From the NCBI GenBank assembly GCA_030608745.1, contig JAUWDQ010000001.1, forward strand, positions 1 to 43,651: a stretch of 43,651 bases of DNA, read 5' to 3'. The notes below the pieces were generated by a model, which was not told the origin of the DNA, searched no databases, and saw only the letters and a program-made list of their open reading frames with translations. Position numbers and translations under genes: made by a program. The DNA is from Pseudomonadota bacterium. Lineage in GTDB: Bacteria; Desulfobacterota; BSN033; WVXP01; G020346125. This document shows, piece by piece, positions 7,868-17,264 of the stretch (positions are counted from its first letter, which is position 1; each line of letters opens with the position of its first letter).

Positions 7868-8626
7868 TTATTCGATGATGTGGCCTCCGTCGACCACCAC
7901 CACCGATCCTGTCATAAAGCTGGAGGCATCGGAAGCCAAAAGCAGGGTGGCGCCCCGGATCTCCTTCAGGTCCGCAGCCCGGCGCATGGGTATTTTATTG
8001 ATGACCTTCTGGCCCCGAGGTGTCTCAAAGAATTCCCTGTTCAAATCGGTCAATAAATAACCCGGGCAGAGAGCATTCACCTGGATGTTATATCGTGCCC
8101 ACTCAAGGGCCAGCGATTTGGTGAACTGGATCAGCCCCGCCTTACTGGCAGCGTAAGAGCTGTTGTAGGCAACGCCGATGAGTCCCAAAATCGAGGAGAT
8201 ATTGATAACCTTGCCGTAACGATTCTCGATCATATACTTTCCGACTGCCTTGGTACAGAAAACATGGCCCTTGAGATTCACATCCATGACGCGATCCCAG
8301 GTCTCGGCCGTCATCTCGATGACGGGCTTTTCCTCCGCAATCCCCGCATTGTTTATCAGGATATCGATGCGGCCGAAGGTCTTTGCGGCATCATCAACAG
8401 CCTTTTCGATTTCGTCGATATTGGAGATATCCATGGGACAAACCAAAGCCTTCCTCCCTACCTTCCGAATGGTTTCGGCCGTCTCCTCCAGTGCCGCAAC
8501 AGTGCGGGCAGCCAGGGCCAAGTCGGCACCTGCCTCGGCAAGGGTCAGTGCCATCTCATGGCCCAAGCCCCGACTGGCCCCCGAGACGAAGGCCTTCTTT
8601 CCCTTCAGGGAAAATATCTCGAGCAT
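7868..8626 (-). CDS. SDR-family oxidoreductase (FabG / gluconate-5-dehydrogenase-like)
   Basis: It has the TGxxxGxG-type motif KKAFVSGASRGLG, plus NNAG and YxxxK (YAASK). I place the start at ATG 8626, preceded by AAGGAG 8 nt upstream. The longer ORF reaching 8941 overlaps hldC and is rejected. Confidence 0.9.
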   Translation of the reverse strand: MLEIFSLKGKKAFVSGASRGLGHEMALTLAEAGADLALAARTVAALEETAETIRKVGRKALVCPMDISNIDEIEKAVDDAAKTFGRIDILINNAGIAEEKPVIEMTAETWDRVMDVNLKGHVFCTKAVGKYMIENRYGKVINISSILGLIGVAYNSSYAASKAGLIQFTKSLALEWARYNIQVNALCPGYLLTDLNREFFETPRGQKVINKIPMRRAADLKEIRGATLLLASDASSFMTGSVVVVDGGHIIE

Positions 8627-8774
8627 GTTCGCTACTCCTTTATGGCAAGCATCAAAACGATAGCAGAATGGCAGTGAGATATTCAAGGGAATATCGAACG
8701 TTGGAGCATGGAAATCCACGTGCAGGTAATGCAAAGCAAACTGAGGCGCGAATGGACCATAGTTGCCGAGGATT

Positions 8775-9278
8775 TCAGGCTGGGCGGTTCTCTTTTTCAA
8801 GGCGAGCAATAGCGCGGATGAGATCGGTGGACGAGTGAGTCTTGGCATCCCCGACAATGGCGATACGTCCTCCGTAAGAGAGGACGGTTTCCCTCTCAGG
8901 CACTGTTTCCTCGGTGTAGTCTGTTCCCTTAGCGTGGACATGAGGCTTGAGCATCAGCAGTAGACGATCCACCCTCTCTTCGGAAAAAAGGGTGATGAAA
9001 TCCACACACTCCAGGGCTTCGAGGATCTCTATGCGCTCCAACTCGGGCATAATTGGACGTCCTGCCAGTTTTAGCCTCTTCATGGATGCGTCGTCATTGA
9101 CGGCAACAACCAGGACATCGCCCTGCTCCTTGGCCCCCTTGAGACAACGGATGTGCCCTACATGAAGCACATCAAAACATCCATTGGTCATGACGACGCG
9201 CTTCCCCTGAGATTTCAATTGATCGACGATATGCAACAACGCTTCTGGATCCCTGATAAATTTTCCGCTTCTGCTCAT
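8775..9278 (-). CDS. hldC: D-glycero-beta-D-manno-heptose 1-phosphate adenylyltransferase (RfaE domain II type)
   Basis: 167 aa. It has the cytidylyltransferase-fold HxGH motif (NGCFDVLHVGHIRCL), and its length and context next to an hldA-type kinase and waaF fit. Confidence 0.85.
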   Translation of the reverse strand: MSRSGKFIRDPEALLHIVDQLKSQGKRVVMTNGCFDVLHVGHIRCLKGAKEQGDVLVVAVNDDASMKRLKLAGRPIMPELERIEILEALECVDFITLFSEERVDRLLLMLKPHVHAKGTDYTEETVPERETVLSYGGRIAIVGDAKTHSSTDLIRAIARLEKENRPA

Positions 9279-9312
9279 GACATCTCGGGAGCGCCCAAAG
9301 GAGGCTTGCCGC

Positions 9313-10323
9313 TCAACTCTTCATTTTGTGCTCCTGCTCAATCACGTGAATCAATTCCTCCGGTGAGGCCGTTGCCGTGCCACTTTTCATGACCACCACT
9401 GCTCCAGCATAATTGGATAGTCGCGCCGCCTCATAAAAAGAGGCCCCTGCGGCCAGGGAGGAGGTGAAGACCGCAGTTACGGTATCGCCTGCCCCCGTCA
9501 CATCGGTGATATCGTCACTGCCGCAAATGGGAATTTCGGACGCATCACCTGATCGTTCCACCAGAACCATTCCACTGTTTCCCCTGGTGATCAGCACGGC
9601 CTTCAGGTCGAGCTTCTCAACGAGGTTTTTCCCCACACTGACAGCATCCTGGCCGTTTGTGATGTTCGATTGCGAAATGGCTTCGACCTCAGACTCATTG
9701 GGAGTAATGGCCGTGAAGCCTGAAAAGAGGTGGAGCCGGTATCTGGAATCCACTACCACGTCTTTATTCGCGGCGATTGCCTTGAGCCTCTCGAGCAGGG
9801 TCGGAGTAATCAGATTATATCCATAATCGGAAACAATAAGTGCGTCGACCTGGTTTGCGATCCGGTCCAAATATGCCATTATCCGGTTTTCAACCTTTTC
9901 CGGGAGAGAATCTCTTACCTCTCGATCGATACGAATCACCTGCTGCTTGGAAGTGTGATCATCCCCAGCCATGATACGGGTTTTTGTAGTAGTGCTACGA
10001 CCATCCACTGCGATGATGCCCTCCCTTTCGATATTCATCACGGAGAGCCGACTCAGGAGAAACCTCCCAGCTTCATCATTGCCAATGACGACGAGGGGGA
10101 AAACCCGGACGCCCAACCGCGAGAGATTGTGAATGGTGTTCCCCGCACTTCCGGGGAGAACTTTTTCCCCGTCATGCCGCACAACCAAAACGGGGGCTTC
10201 TCGGGAGAGCTTGAAGGGTTTTCCATAGATATAGATGTCCGCCACGATATCGCCAATGACGGCAATCTTTACCTCCTTGTAACGGCCGATTATTTCCTTA
10301 AATCTTCTGATGGATACTTCCAT
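9313..10323 (-). CDS. hldA: PfkB-family sugar kinase, RfaE domain I-like (heptose-7-phosphate kinase candidate)
   Basis: 336 aa. It has N-terminal VIGDIVADIY...REAPVLVV and C-terminal DVTGAGDTV PfkB motifs. It sits between waaF and hldC. Confidence 0.75.
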   Translation of the reverse strand: MEVSIRRFKEIIGRYKEVKIAVIGDIVADIYIYGKPFKLSREAPVLVVRHDGEKVLPGSAGNTIHNLSRLGVRVFPLVVIGNDEAGRFLLSRLSVMNIEREGIIAVDGRSTTTKTRIMAGDDHTSKQQVIRIDREVRDSLPEKVENRIMAYLDRIANQVDALIVSDYGYNLITPTLLERLKAIAANKDVVVDSRYRLHLFSGFTAITPNESEVEAISQSNITNGQDAVSVGKNLVEKLDLKAVLITRGNSGMVLVERSGDASEIPICGSDDITDVTGAGDTVTAVFTSSLAAGASFYEAARLSNYAGAVVVMKSGTATASPEELIHVIEQEHKMKS

Positions 10324-10353
10324 TGAGACCTGCCCGTGGGAAAGAATAAATAT

Positions 10354-11424
10354 CTAATGCCGTACGCTGGGCTTCACGAATTGATTAAACAGCCGCTCGA
10401 TGGCCCGAATAACCCTTTCGGGCGTAATTGCCGTCATGCAACGGTGATCGCGGGGACAGACCTTTAGATGACAGGGACTACAGTCAAGCTCCTCCCTCAG
10501 AACAATGGTTTTTTCAAGATTAAGATTGGTGTATCGTGGATCCGTGGGGCCCATGATAACCACTGCGGGCTTGTCAAAGGCTACCGCAAAATGACGAGGG
10601 CCCGTGTCATTGGTGATGACCAAGGAGCTGTATTGAATAATGGCCATCAGGATGTCCAGGGGAACGATTGGGTCGGCCAAAACAATGGGTCTGTTGAGCA
10701 TTCTCGCCTCGATTTCCCTGGCGATCTGCATTTCTTCCGGACCCGGAACGATCACCAAATTACACGCGTAGCCCTCAATCAAATGATCTGCCACCTGGGC
10801 GAAATATTCTGGCTTCCAGCATTTTGAAGAGCCGTAGGCAGCACCCGGAATCATGACGATGGTCATGCGTTTTCCATTAACACCACAATGCTGAAAAATA
10901 TCCTCGGCCTTCTGCCTTGTGGCCGCTGAGACGAATAGCTCAGGAGCCAGGGTTAACCGGGGACATTCCAGCCAATCGGTGATCCTCAGATAGTATTCCA
11001 CCATGGGAATAGGGACGATTTTGGGACCTTCCCGCACGGGCTTTATCGGATCAGTCAGCAGCCAGCCTCTCCCTTCCCGGCTGTATCCGACACGGCGTTT
11101 GATACCCGCCAGAAAGGCAATCAACGCCGAGCGAAAGGAATTGGGGAATATGACGGCCAAATCAAATTCTTTTCGTCTGAGGCGCATCGCCCACGAAAAG
11201 AACCCTCGCATGCCCTGATCTTTATCCCTATCGTCATACTCAAGAATCTCGTCGCAGTAAGGAAAATCCTCAATTACCTTCTTGCCGTATGGCTTTACCA
11301 AAAGGACGATATAAGACTGGTGAAATCGCCTCCGGATCGCCTTGATGGCGGGAGTGGCCATTACCAGATCACCCACCCAGTTGGGGCATCGGACGAGAAT
11401 CTTGTGGGGATAGCCATCACTCAT
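10354..11424 (-). CDS. waaF: ADP-heptose:LPS heptosyltransferase II-like (GT9)
   Basis: GT9 motifs are present: NWVGDLVMATPA, FPNSFRSALIAFLAGI, TNDTGPRHFAVA. I place the start at ATG 11424, which overlaps the upstream stop as ATGA. The ORF track's TTG at 11436 is an alternative. Confidence 0.78.
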   Translation of the reverse strand: MSDGYPHKILVRCPNWVGDLVMATPAIKAIRRRFHQSYIVLLVKPYGKKVIEDFPYCDEILEYDDRDKDQGMRGFFSWAMRLRRKEFDLAVIFPNSFRSALIAFLAGIKRRVGYSREGRGWLLTDPIKPVREGPKIVPIPMVEYYLRITDWLECPRLTLAPELFVSAATRQKAEDIFQHCGVNGKRMTIVMIPGAAYGSSKCWKPEYFAQVADHLIEGYACNLVIVPGPEEMQIAREIEARMLNRPIVLADPIVPLDILMAIIQYSSLVITNDTGPRHFAVAFDKPAVVIMGPTDPRYTNLNLEKTIVLREELDCSPCHLKVCPRDHRCMTAITPERVIRAIERLFNQFVKPSVRH

Positions 11425-12932
11425 AGATCGAACCAATCGCTCCGGACCCCCATGAAGTCATTGTACTTAATGGCATAGTGTTCTTTGCCAGCTTTTGCCA
11501 GGGTGCTCGAAATCTCCCGATCCCTGGAACGGATCGTGCCCTTGACCTTTTCCCACGCCGCCCGATCCATGCTCTCAATCTCCCCCACCAATCCGCGGTA
11601 ACGAGTCGAAGACGACGGATTGCTCCGGGCATTGACAAACCAGGGAAACGCCCCAGCCAGCTTGTCTATCAGGAGATTATGGGCCTCCCCAAAATCCAAG
11701 CACGACTCCTCGGTAAAGTTGGTAAGGGACCGCATCTTTTGGAAATCGATCAGACCTTTTTGTTCGGCCATTTCGTAAGCTACTGTTCCCGGATAAGGGA
11801 AAAACACCGACCATCGAAACCGTCCGGGACGTATGGCCGCCAACAAATCTATCGTTGCAAACACGTCCTCTGTGGTCTCACCGGGAAGCCCAACCATCAC
11901 AAAGGCCGAGGTGTGGAGCTGATGGTCGTGGGCTATCCTGAAGGCGTTCATAACGGCCCGGTTGGTCATGGGTCGATTGAGGACCTCCCTTCGAATCCTT
12001 TCGCTGCCGCTTTCAAGCCCAAACTTGACGATGCGACACCTGGCCCTCTTGAGGCTCCTGGCGATTGCGTGGTCAAAGGCCTTAACGTGAGCGTTGCATA
12101 CAAAGGGAACGGCAATCCGTTTCTCATAGGCTAGGCAGAACTCTTGAACATAATCCCTATCAAGGGTAAACAGATCGTCATCAAAGATAAACACTTTGAT
12201 CCCCGTGTATTGACCAAGGAGGTACTCCAACTCACTGATTACTTCCTTGACCGAGTGATGGCGAAGGTATCGTAAGCGAGAACGGGGAAGGCCAGTGTCC
12301 TTCCGATAGATATCGACCAGCCTATGGTTGAAACAGTAAGTGCATCGGAAGGGACACCCCCGGGATACCATGGTGCCCACCCACCCGTCTTTGGCGTCAA
12401 TCATTTTTTGGAAATCGAAGATCTCGTAGTCTTTGGGAGGAAGATTTTCAAGGGGAATAAAGGGGCGAACTCTGTTTTTGATAACTCTCCCATCCCTCTT
12501 CATCCAGATGTTCGGGATCTTGGCCGTGTCTCCGTGCACCTCCAGCGCATTGGCAAGTTCCACAAGGGCCTCTTCTCCTTCTCCCAAACAGGCGTAGTCG
12601 AAGATACCCGTTTCCAGAACCTCATGGGGAGCCATGGCTGCATGGACCCCTCCGCATACGAAGGGGGCATCGGTGTAACCTCGGATGGCCTTTCCTATCT
12701 CTAAGGCGTAGCGAAATTGGTTGCTCACCACGGAGAAGCCAACGAGATCCGGGGAGAATGCCTTGACATCGCTGACGATTCTTTCAAGGTCCAACGGATA
12801 GCCCAGGTTTTCATTAATGTTAAGGAGCCGCGTGACATGGCCGTGACGGCGAAGGACAGCTGAAAGGAAAGCAACGCCGTAATTGAATCCAATTTGGGCG
12901 TTCAGATTGGGATAGATAAAGAGAACGCGCAT
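11421..12932 (-). CDS. B12-binding-domain radical SAM protein (function unknown)
   Basis: 503 aa. The N-terminal part is cobalamin-binding-like (VLFIYPN...DLVGFSV...). It is followed by CxxxCxxC (SRGCPFRCTYC). Confidence 0.85.
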   Translation of the reverse strand: MRVLFIYPNLNAQIGFNYGVAFLSAVLRRHGHVTRLLNINENLGYPLDLERIVSDVKAFSPDLVGFSVVSNQFRYALEIGKAIRGYTDAPFVCGGVHAAMAPHEVLETGIFDYACLGEGEEALVELANALEVHGDTAKIPNIWMKRDGRVIKNRVRPFIPLENLPPKDYEIFDFQKMIDAKDGWVGTMVSRGCPFRCTYCFNHRLVDIYRKDTGLPRSRLRYLRHHSVKEVISELEYLLGQYTGIKVFIFDDDLFTLDRDYVQEFCLAYEKRIAVPFVCNAHVKAFDHAIARSLKRARCRIVKFGLESGSERIRREVLNRPMTNRAVMNAFRIAHDHQLHTSAFVMVGLPGETTEDVFATIDLLAAIRPGRFRWSVFFPYPGTVAYEMAEQKGLIDFQKMRSLTNFTEESCLDFGEAHNLLIDKLAGAFPWFVNARSNPSSSTRYRGLVGEIESMDRAAWEKVKGTIRSRDREISSTLAKAGKEHYAIKYNDFMGVRSDWFDL

Positions 12933-12959
12933 CTATGGTCCCATAGGCATTGACAACCA

Positions 12960-12989
12960 ATGATATCACGACCCAGTAAGATATTTCAA
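12960..12989 (-). promoter_or_regulatory. possible sigma70 promoter for the radical SAM-waaF-hldA-hldC operon
   Basis: On the minus strand: TTGAAA (12989-12984), an 18-nt spacer, then TATCAT (12965-12960). It lies about 30 nt upstream of the ATG at 12932. The match is weak. Confidence 0.3.
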
Positions 12990-13019
12990 CAAACTGGCTC
13001 AGGAACAAGGGACAAAGGC

Positions 13020-13042
13020 AAAAAACCACAAGCACGCTTGCG
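13020..13042 (-). terminator. weak intrinsic terminator after the PK-C-domain gene
   Basis: The minus-sense RNA reads CGCAAG-cgug-CUUGUG (6 bp including one G-U), followed by G and U6 (the A run at 13020-13025 on the plus strand). Confidence 0.35.
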
Positions 13043-13075
13043 AACCCGGCCGAGCCTGAGGGGGAGGAAGATTCC

Positions 13076-13657
13076 CTATCGCGGCATGGCGATGACCTCC
13101 CTCACCTTCATGTCGAAAAACCGATTCTGACTGGCCGCCTGTACGACGATAGCGGAATCCGCGCCCTTCCCCGTCCCCGCTATCGAGATGATATCCTTAT
13201 CCACCGGTACGGCTCCGGCATCGGCGGCCATGATGGCACATTCAATGGCAGCCTTCACCCCTTGGGAGAACCTGCGAAAGGCCTCGGCTACGATCTCCAA
13301 TAGGTCGATACCTCCGAATTTAGTCCGATAGGATCTGGATATACTGCTCAGTGCGTGGGTTGCGGTGACCACCGTACATCCTGCCTCGGTCAAACGGGAT
13401 CTATCCCCCTTCTTCAACTCATTCCCTCCCGCTTCTGCATACCCCGTGTGGTGGGTGACCACCACTAACTGGCCTTTGTAACCCAGCTCATCGGAAAGGT
13501 CCCTCAACTGCAAGGCTGTCCTTCCACTGGTCGAAGCCCCTACGATATATCCGATCCCAAGCTGCTGGGCCCGCTCAATGGCCGCTCTGAGGGTCTTTTC
13601 GGTATTCCGGGGTCCCGCCACGGGAAACGAGTAGGTACGAAGGATCTCCTCTGTCAT
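13076..13657 (-). CDS. stand-alone pyruvate kinase C-terminal (alpha/beta) domain-like protein
   Basis: 193 aa. GGAGG lies 8 nt upstream of the ATG. I recognise the family resemblance (GIGYIVGASTSGRTA...VVVTHHTG...ISIAGTGKGADSA) from memory only. Confidence 0.65.
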   Translation of the reverse strand: MTEEILRTYSFPVAGPRNTEKTLRAAIERAQQLGIGYIVGASTSGRTALQLRDLSDELGYKGQLVVVTHHTGYAEAGGNELKKGDRSRLTEAGCTVVTATHALSSISRSYRTKFGGIDLLEIVAEAFRRFSQGVKAAIECAIMAADAGAVPVDKDIISIAGTGKGADSAIVVQAASQNRFFDMKVREVIAMPR

Positions 13658-13681
13658 TATCCCATCCTCCCGTTCTCTTCA

Positions 13682-15289
13682 TTAGATTTCACCTTCAAAC
13701 CGCGGTGGCCTCCTCCTTCCCCGGAGCATCTCCATGAGAAAGGAAAGCTCGCCATTCCTCAGGAGATACGAAATGGAGATATATGTGAATACTCCCGCCG
13801 CAATCCCTGCCGCCAGAAAGAAGATCTTTCCCCCCCAGTGACCGGGACTAACCCAGGATGCATTGCCGACTACCCAGTAGGCAACCCATCCCATGACGAT
13901 ACTGGCCACGACCACCTGAATGAGGGATCTGATGGTACGGGGCCAATCGATCTCGCCTATCCCCCTCCTTAGCCAGACCAGAAGGAGGCAGACATTTATC
14001 ATCGAGGCCAGGGAGTTGGCCAGGGCGAGCCCCGCATGTTTTAGGGGGCCCATGAGAACAAGGCTCAATCCCACATTGGCGAGCAGGGACACCACCGCCA
14101 TCTTCACGGGAGTCTTGGTATCCTGCACGGCATAGAAGGCCGGCACAAGGATCCTCACCCCGGCGATTGCCCACAAACCAATTCCGAAGTAGAAAAGGGC
14201 CCGGGCGGTCTTAAGGGTGTCCTGATAATCAAACGCCCCATGCTGAAAGAGAAGATGGATGATGGGTTTTCTCAATACGATGAGGCCCACCATGGCCGGA
14301 ACCGCCACAAAGATGACCAGCCTCACCGAGAAGGAGATGGCATCTCGAAATTCCTCCATCTTCCCCTCGGAGACCAATTGCGAAAAACTGGGAAGGACTG
14401 CTGTCCCCAGGGCGATAACGAAGATCCCCAGGGGAAACTCGATCAAGCGATATGCGTAGTAGAGGAAGGATATGGAGCCTTCCAGGAGGAAGGAGGCTAA
14501 AATCTGTCCCACGAAGACGTTGATCTGGGCAACGGCCACGCCGAGCAGCGCCGGAACCATCAATATACAGATCCGTTTGATGGCCGGATGGAGGAAATGG
14601 AAGTTGAACCTGAACATCACCCCCTTTTTGATCAAAAAGGGGAGTTGGAATGCGAGCTGGATCACCCCGCCGAAAAAGACCCCGATTGCCAGCGAGACGA
14701 TGGGCTGGGCCAATCGTCGAAAGAGAAGAAAGGCGCAGGCGATCATCGAGAGGTTGAGCAGAGTGGGGGCCAAGGCGGGTGCGGCGAAATGACGATGTGC
14801 ATTCAGGATGCCCATGGCCAAGGCGACCAAACCGATAAAAAAAAGGTAGGGAAAGACGATCCGGGTCATCAAGATCGTCAACTCGACCTGTTTCGGATCC
14901 TTGAAACCCGGGGCCAGAACCGCGACAATCTGGGGAGAAAAGACCATTCCCAAGATCGTCAACACCATCAATACCGAGGACGCCAGCGTGAAGGCCACAT
15001 CGACGAGCTCCTGGGATTCCTCTTTCGCCCGGTGGACGAGGTATGCGGTATAGACGGGGATGAAGGAAACGGTCATGGATCCCTCCCCGAAAAGCCTCCT
15101 CAGGGTATTGGGAATCCTGAAGGCCACGAAGAATGCATCGGTGACCCAACCTGCCCCGAAAAAATACGCGATCACCACATCGCGGGCATAGCCCAGGACG
15201 CGACTGAGCAGGGTAGCGGACCCTACAACCACGGCTGCTCTAGCTATCCTATCGTGTTCCATCGCGTTCATGGAAAGAAACCTTGACAT
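13682..15289 (-). CDS. murJ: lipid II flippase MurJ (MviN)
   Basis: 535-aa polytopic membrane protein. The N-terminal signature is SATLLSRVLGYARDVVIAYFFGAG...DAFFVAFRIPN. Confidence 0.9.
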   Translation of the reverse strand: MSRFLSMNAMEHDRIARAAVVVGSATLLSRVLGYARDVVIAYFFGAGWVTDAFFVAFRIPNTLRRLFGEGSMTVSFIPVYTAYLVHRAKEESQELVDVAFTLASSVLMVLTILGMVFSPQIVAVLAPGFKDPKQVELTILMTRIVFPYLFFIGLVALAMGILNAHRHFAAPALAPTLLNLSMIACAFLLFRRLAQPIVSLAIGVFFGGVIQLAFQLPFLIKKGVMFRFNFHFLHPAIKRICILMVPALLGVAVAQINVFVGQILASFLLEGSISFLYYAYRLIEFPLGIFVIALGTAVLPSFSQLVSEGKMEEFRDAISFSVRLVIFVAVPAMVGLIVLRKPIIHLLFQHGAFDYQDTLKTARALFYFGIGLWAIAGVRILVPAFYAVQDTKTPVKMAVVSLLANVGLSLVLMGPLKHAGLALANSLASMINVCLLLVWLRRGIGEIDWPRTIRSLIQVVVASIVMGWVAYWVVGNASWVSPGHWGGKIFFLAAGIAAGVFTYISISYLLRNGELSFLMEMLRGRRRPPRFEGEI

Positions 15290-15312
15290 CCACTAGGTAA
15301 AATGATTATATT
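15283..15312 (+). promoter_or_regulatory. candidate sigma70 promoter of rpsT
   Basis: TTGACA (15283-15288, overlapping the murJ start codon), an 18-nt spacer, then TATATT (15307-15312). It lies about 70 nt upstream of the rpsT start. Confidence 0.4.
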
Positions 15313-15385
15313 ATGAAATCTTCATGACCAGTGTCCGCACGGAAAGTAATTGACAACGGTTCCACCCCCCGAGGAAGGTGATGAT

Positions 15386-15655
15386 TTGGCTACCCATAAG
15401 TCAGCCCTCAAAAGGCAGAAGCAGGACGAAAAAAGGAGCCGCAGGAATGTCCATATCCGATCTACCCTGAAAACCCTGATCAAAAGGGTGAGATTGGCGG
15501 TGGAGGCTAAGGATACCGATAAGGCAAGAACCGCTTTATCCGAGGCTATACCCGCTATCGATAAAGCCAAATCCAAGGGAGTGATCCACAGGAATACCGC
15601 CTCGAGAAAGGTTTCACGACTCACCAAACGGGTCAACTCCCTCCAATCCTCTTAG
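15386..15655 (+). CDS. rpsT: 30S ribosomal protein S20
   Basis: The sequence [20 protein letters not shown]... is the S20 N-terminus. I place the start at TTG 15386, after GAGGAAGGTGA. The ORF-track start at 15350 would add 12 residues that do not resemble S20. Confidence 0.9.
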   Translation: MATHKSALKRQKQDEKRSRRNVHIRSTLKTLIKRVRLAVEAKDTDKARTALSEAIPAIDKAKSKGVIHRNTASRKVSRLTKRVNSLQSS

Positions 15656-16641
15656 TGACATAAGTCAACCACCATTTTCTCCAGAAGGAGCTCTTTCGAT
15701 AAGGTCGTCGTCTTCATGGCCAGATCGGTCTGAAGAAATCGATGAAATCCCTCCCGAAGGTTATCCTCGCTGAAATAGGCGGTCTGTTCGAGGATGGACT
15801 CCAGGTAAAAATGGTGGAGCTTGAGCCTTCTGCCCACCTCCTCCTTTTCAATCCCCTTTGATACCAGGTACTGCGCCTTCCAAATCAAACGAAATTGACG
15901 AGCGATCATGCTGAGGATCTTAAGATGGGCTTCTCCGGCCTGAAACATCCCTCTCAAAATCCGCAATGCCTCAAGGGAATTTCTCATGCCAATGGCATCG
16001 GTCAACTCGAAAATTGTCCTCGTCTTCACCTCCGAAACGAGCTCCTCCACATCCTCCAACTCGATGACCGGCTTTTCCCCCACATAGGTCACGGCCTTTT
16101 CAATCTCGTTGTGGAGGTCTCGAAGGCGGTTTCCCACCATATCCTTAAGGTATTCCGCCGCCTCCCTCGTCATCCCCTTCCCATACGCCTGGGCTTCCCG
16201 CTTGATCCAGCCAATCAATTTTCCGGCAAAATAGGATTTGATCTGGATCACCGCTCCCACCGCTCTTATCTTGGGGAAGGATTGCTTCCATGGCCCGCTC
16301 TTATCCCCCCAAAGAACCAGGCATGTGGAGGGAGAAGGCTCCTCTATATACGGCAGGAATTGGTCGACATCACCCGGAGCAAAGTGGTCCGCCTCCTTGA
16401 CCAGAACAAACCGCCATGGGTTCAACATGGGTACCGTCCGCGCGGCATCCACGATCCTGGATGCTGGGACCTCGCCAGCCGAGTAGACATCCCGATTGAA
16501 CTCCTGAAGATGAGCTGGAATAATCTTTCTGCGAAGCCCCTCAATCCCCCTCTCGATAAGGTAGGGCTCATCCCCAAAAAGATAAAGGACCCGAGGGACC
16601 TTCCCCTTCTTCAATCCCTTATCCAACGCAAAGAAATCCAT
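15652..16641 (-). CDS. holA: DNA polymerase III subunit delta
   Basis: 329 aa. It follows lptE and leuS in the canonical order, and the N-terminal region ([10 protein letters not shown]...) resembles the delta subunit. Confidence 0.85.
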   Translation of the reverse strand: MDFFALDKGLKKGKVPRVLYLFGDEPYLIERGIEGLRRKIIPAHLQEFNRDVYSAGEVPASRIVDAARTVPMLNPWRFVLVKEADHFAPGDVDQFLPYIEEPSPSTCLVLWGDKSGPWKQSFPKIRAVGAVIQIKSYFAGKLIGWIKREAQAYGKGMTREAAEYLKDMVGNRLRDLHNEIEKAVTYVGEKPVIELEDVEELVSEVKTRTIFELTDAIGMRNSLEALRILRGMFQAGEAHLKILSMIARQFRLIWKAQYLVSKGIEKEEVGRRLKLHHFYLESILEQTAYFSEDNLREGFHRFLQTDLAMKTTTLSKELLLEKMVVDLCH

Positions 16642-16686
16642 GATCTAACCTCGTGTTGGAGCCTTCCTCGACGAGCCCATGGACGA

Positions 16687-17259
16687 TCAAAACCCCTCGA
16701 ACAATCTCCGACGAATTCTCCCCGCCAGTTCCTCGGCGATCTTCTGGATTGCCCTCTCTTTTTCCGCCTCGGTGAGCAGGACGTCCGAGGAAACCCTGTA
16801 GACATGGGATTCCACAAGGCCCCTTTTACTCCAAAGGACCTCTCCCCTCTTATTTCGTTTCAGTATTACGTCCAGGGCAACCCATGTCCGATATTCCAAC
16901 ACCATCCCCGTCGGGTCATAGGCCACGGATAAGATGGAAAATGATTTGACCGTTCCCTCCATGATGGCATCGGCCTTATCTTTGCCCACGACCTTAATAC
17001 GCCGGTCTTTGATCAACTCAGCCAAGAGGGCATTGGTGACGACGGTCTCTATGCCCGCTTCGTAGGTCTCATTGGTAAAGGTAGGAATGGCAATGGATCG
17101 AATATCCGGGGATGGGCCGAATCCTTCTCCCCCCAATTGATACCCACAGCCCATCCCCAGCAAGAGACAGAAGATGATGGGAAAGGAAAAATGCCATCGA
17201 ACTGATTTTATCACGGTAATGGTTGTGGGCACAGATACCCCGAGAAACACAAAGGGCAA
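16687..17259 (-). CDS. lptE: LPS-assembly lipoprotein LptE-like
   Basis: It has a signal peptide with a lipobox-like LLGMGC. It occupies the canonical position between leuS and holA. The start is uncertain; an in-frame GTG giving MIKSVRWHF... is plausible. Confidence 0.65.
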   Translation of the reverse strand: MPFVFLGVSVPTTITVIKSVRWHFSFPIIFCLLLGMGCGYQLGGEGFGPSPDIRSIAIPTFTNETYEAGIETVVTNALLAELIKDRRIKVVGKDKADAIMEGTVKSFSILSVAYDPTGMVLEYRTWVALDVILKRNKRGEVLWSKRGLVESHVYRVSSDVLLTEAEKERAIQKIAEELAGRIRRRLFEGF

Positions 17260-17264
17260 CGGGA

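Noticed and set aside
7868-8941. The full 357-aa version of the SDR ORF
   Set aside because: The first 105 residues are not SDR-like and overlap the hldC coding region. An internal ATG at 8626 with an AAGGAG RBS gives a normal 252-aa SDR.
14229-15149. 306-aa alternative-frame ORF on the same strand inside murJ, plus the antisense ORF at 14588-15286
   Set aside because: The MurJ frame carries the family signature and membrane-protein character. The alternative frames are Arg/Gly/Pro-rich with no motif.
15895-16932. 345-aa ORF on the plus strand spanning holA and lptE
   Set aside because: It is antisense to two well-supported genes. Its composition is low-complexity and rich in Pro, Arg and Leu. 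It has no RBS and no recognisable family, so it is a typical shadow ORF of codon-biased genes.
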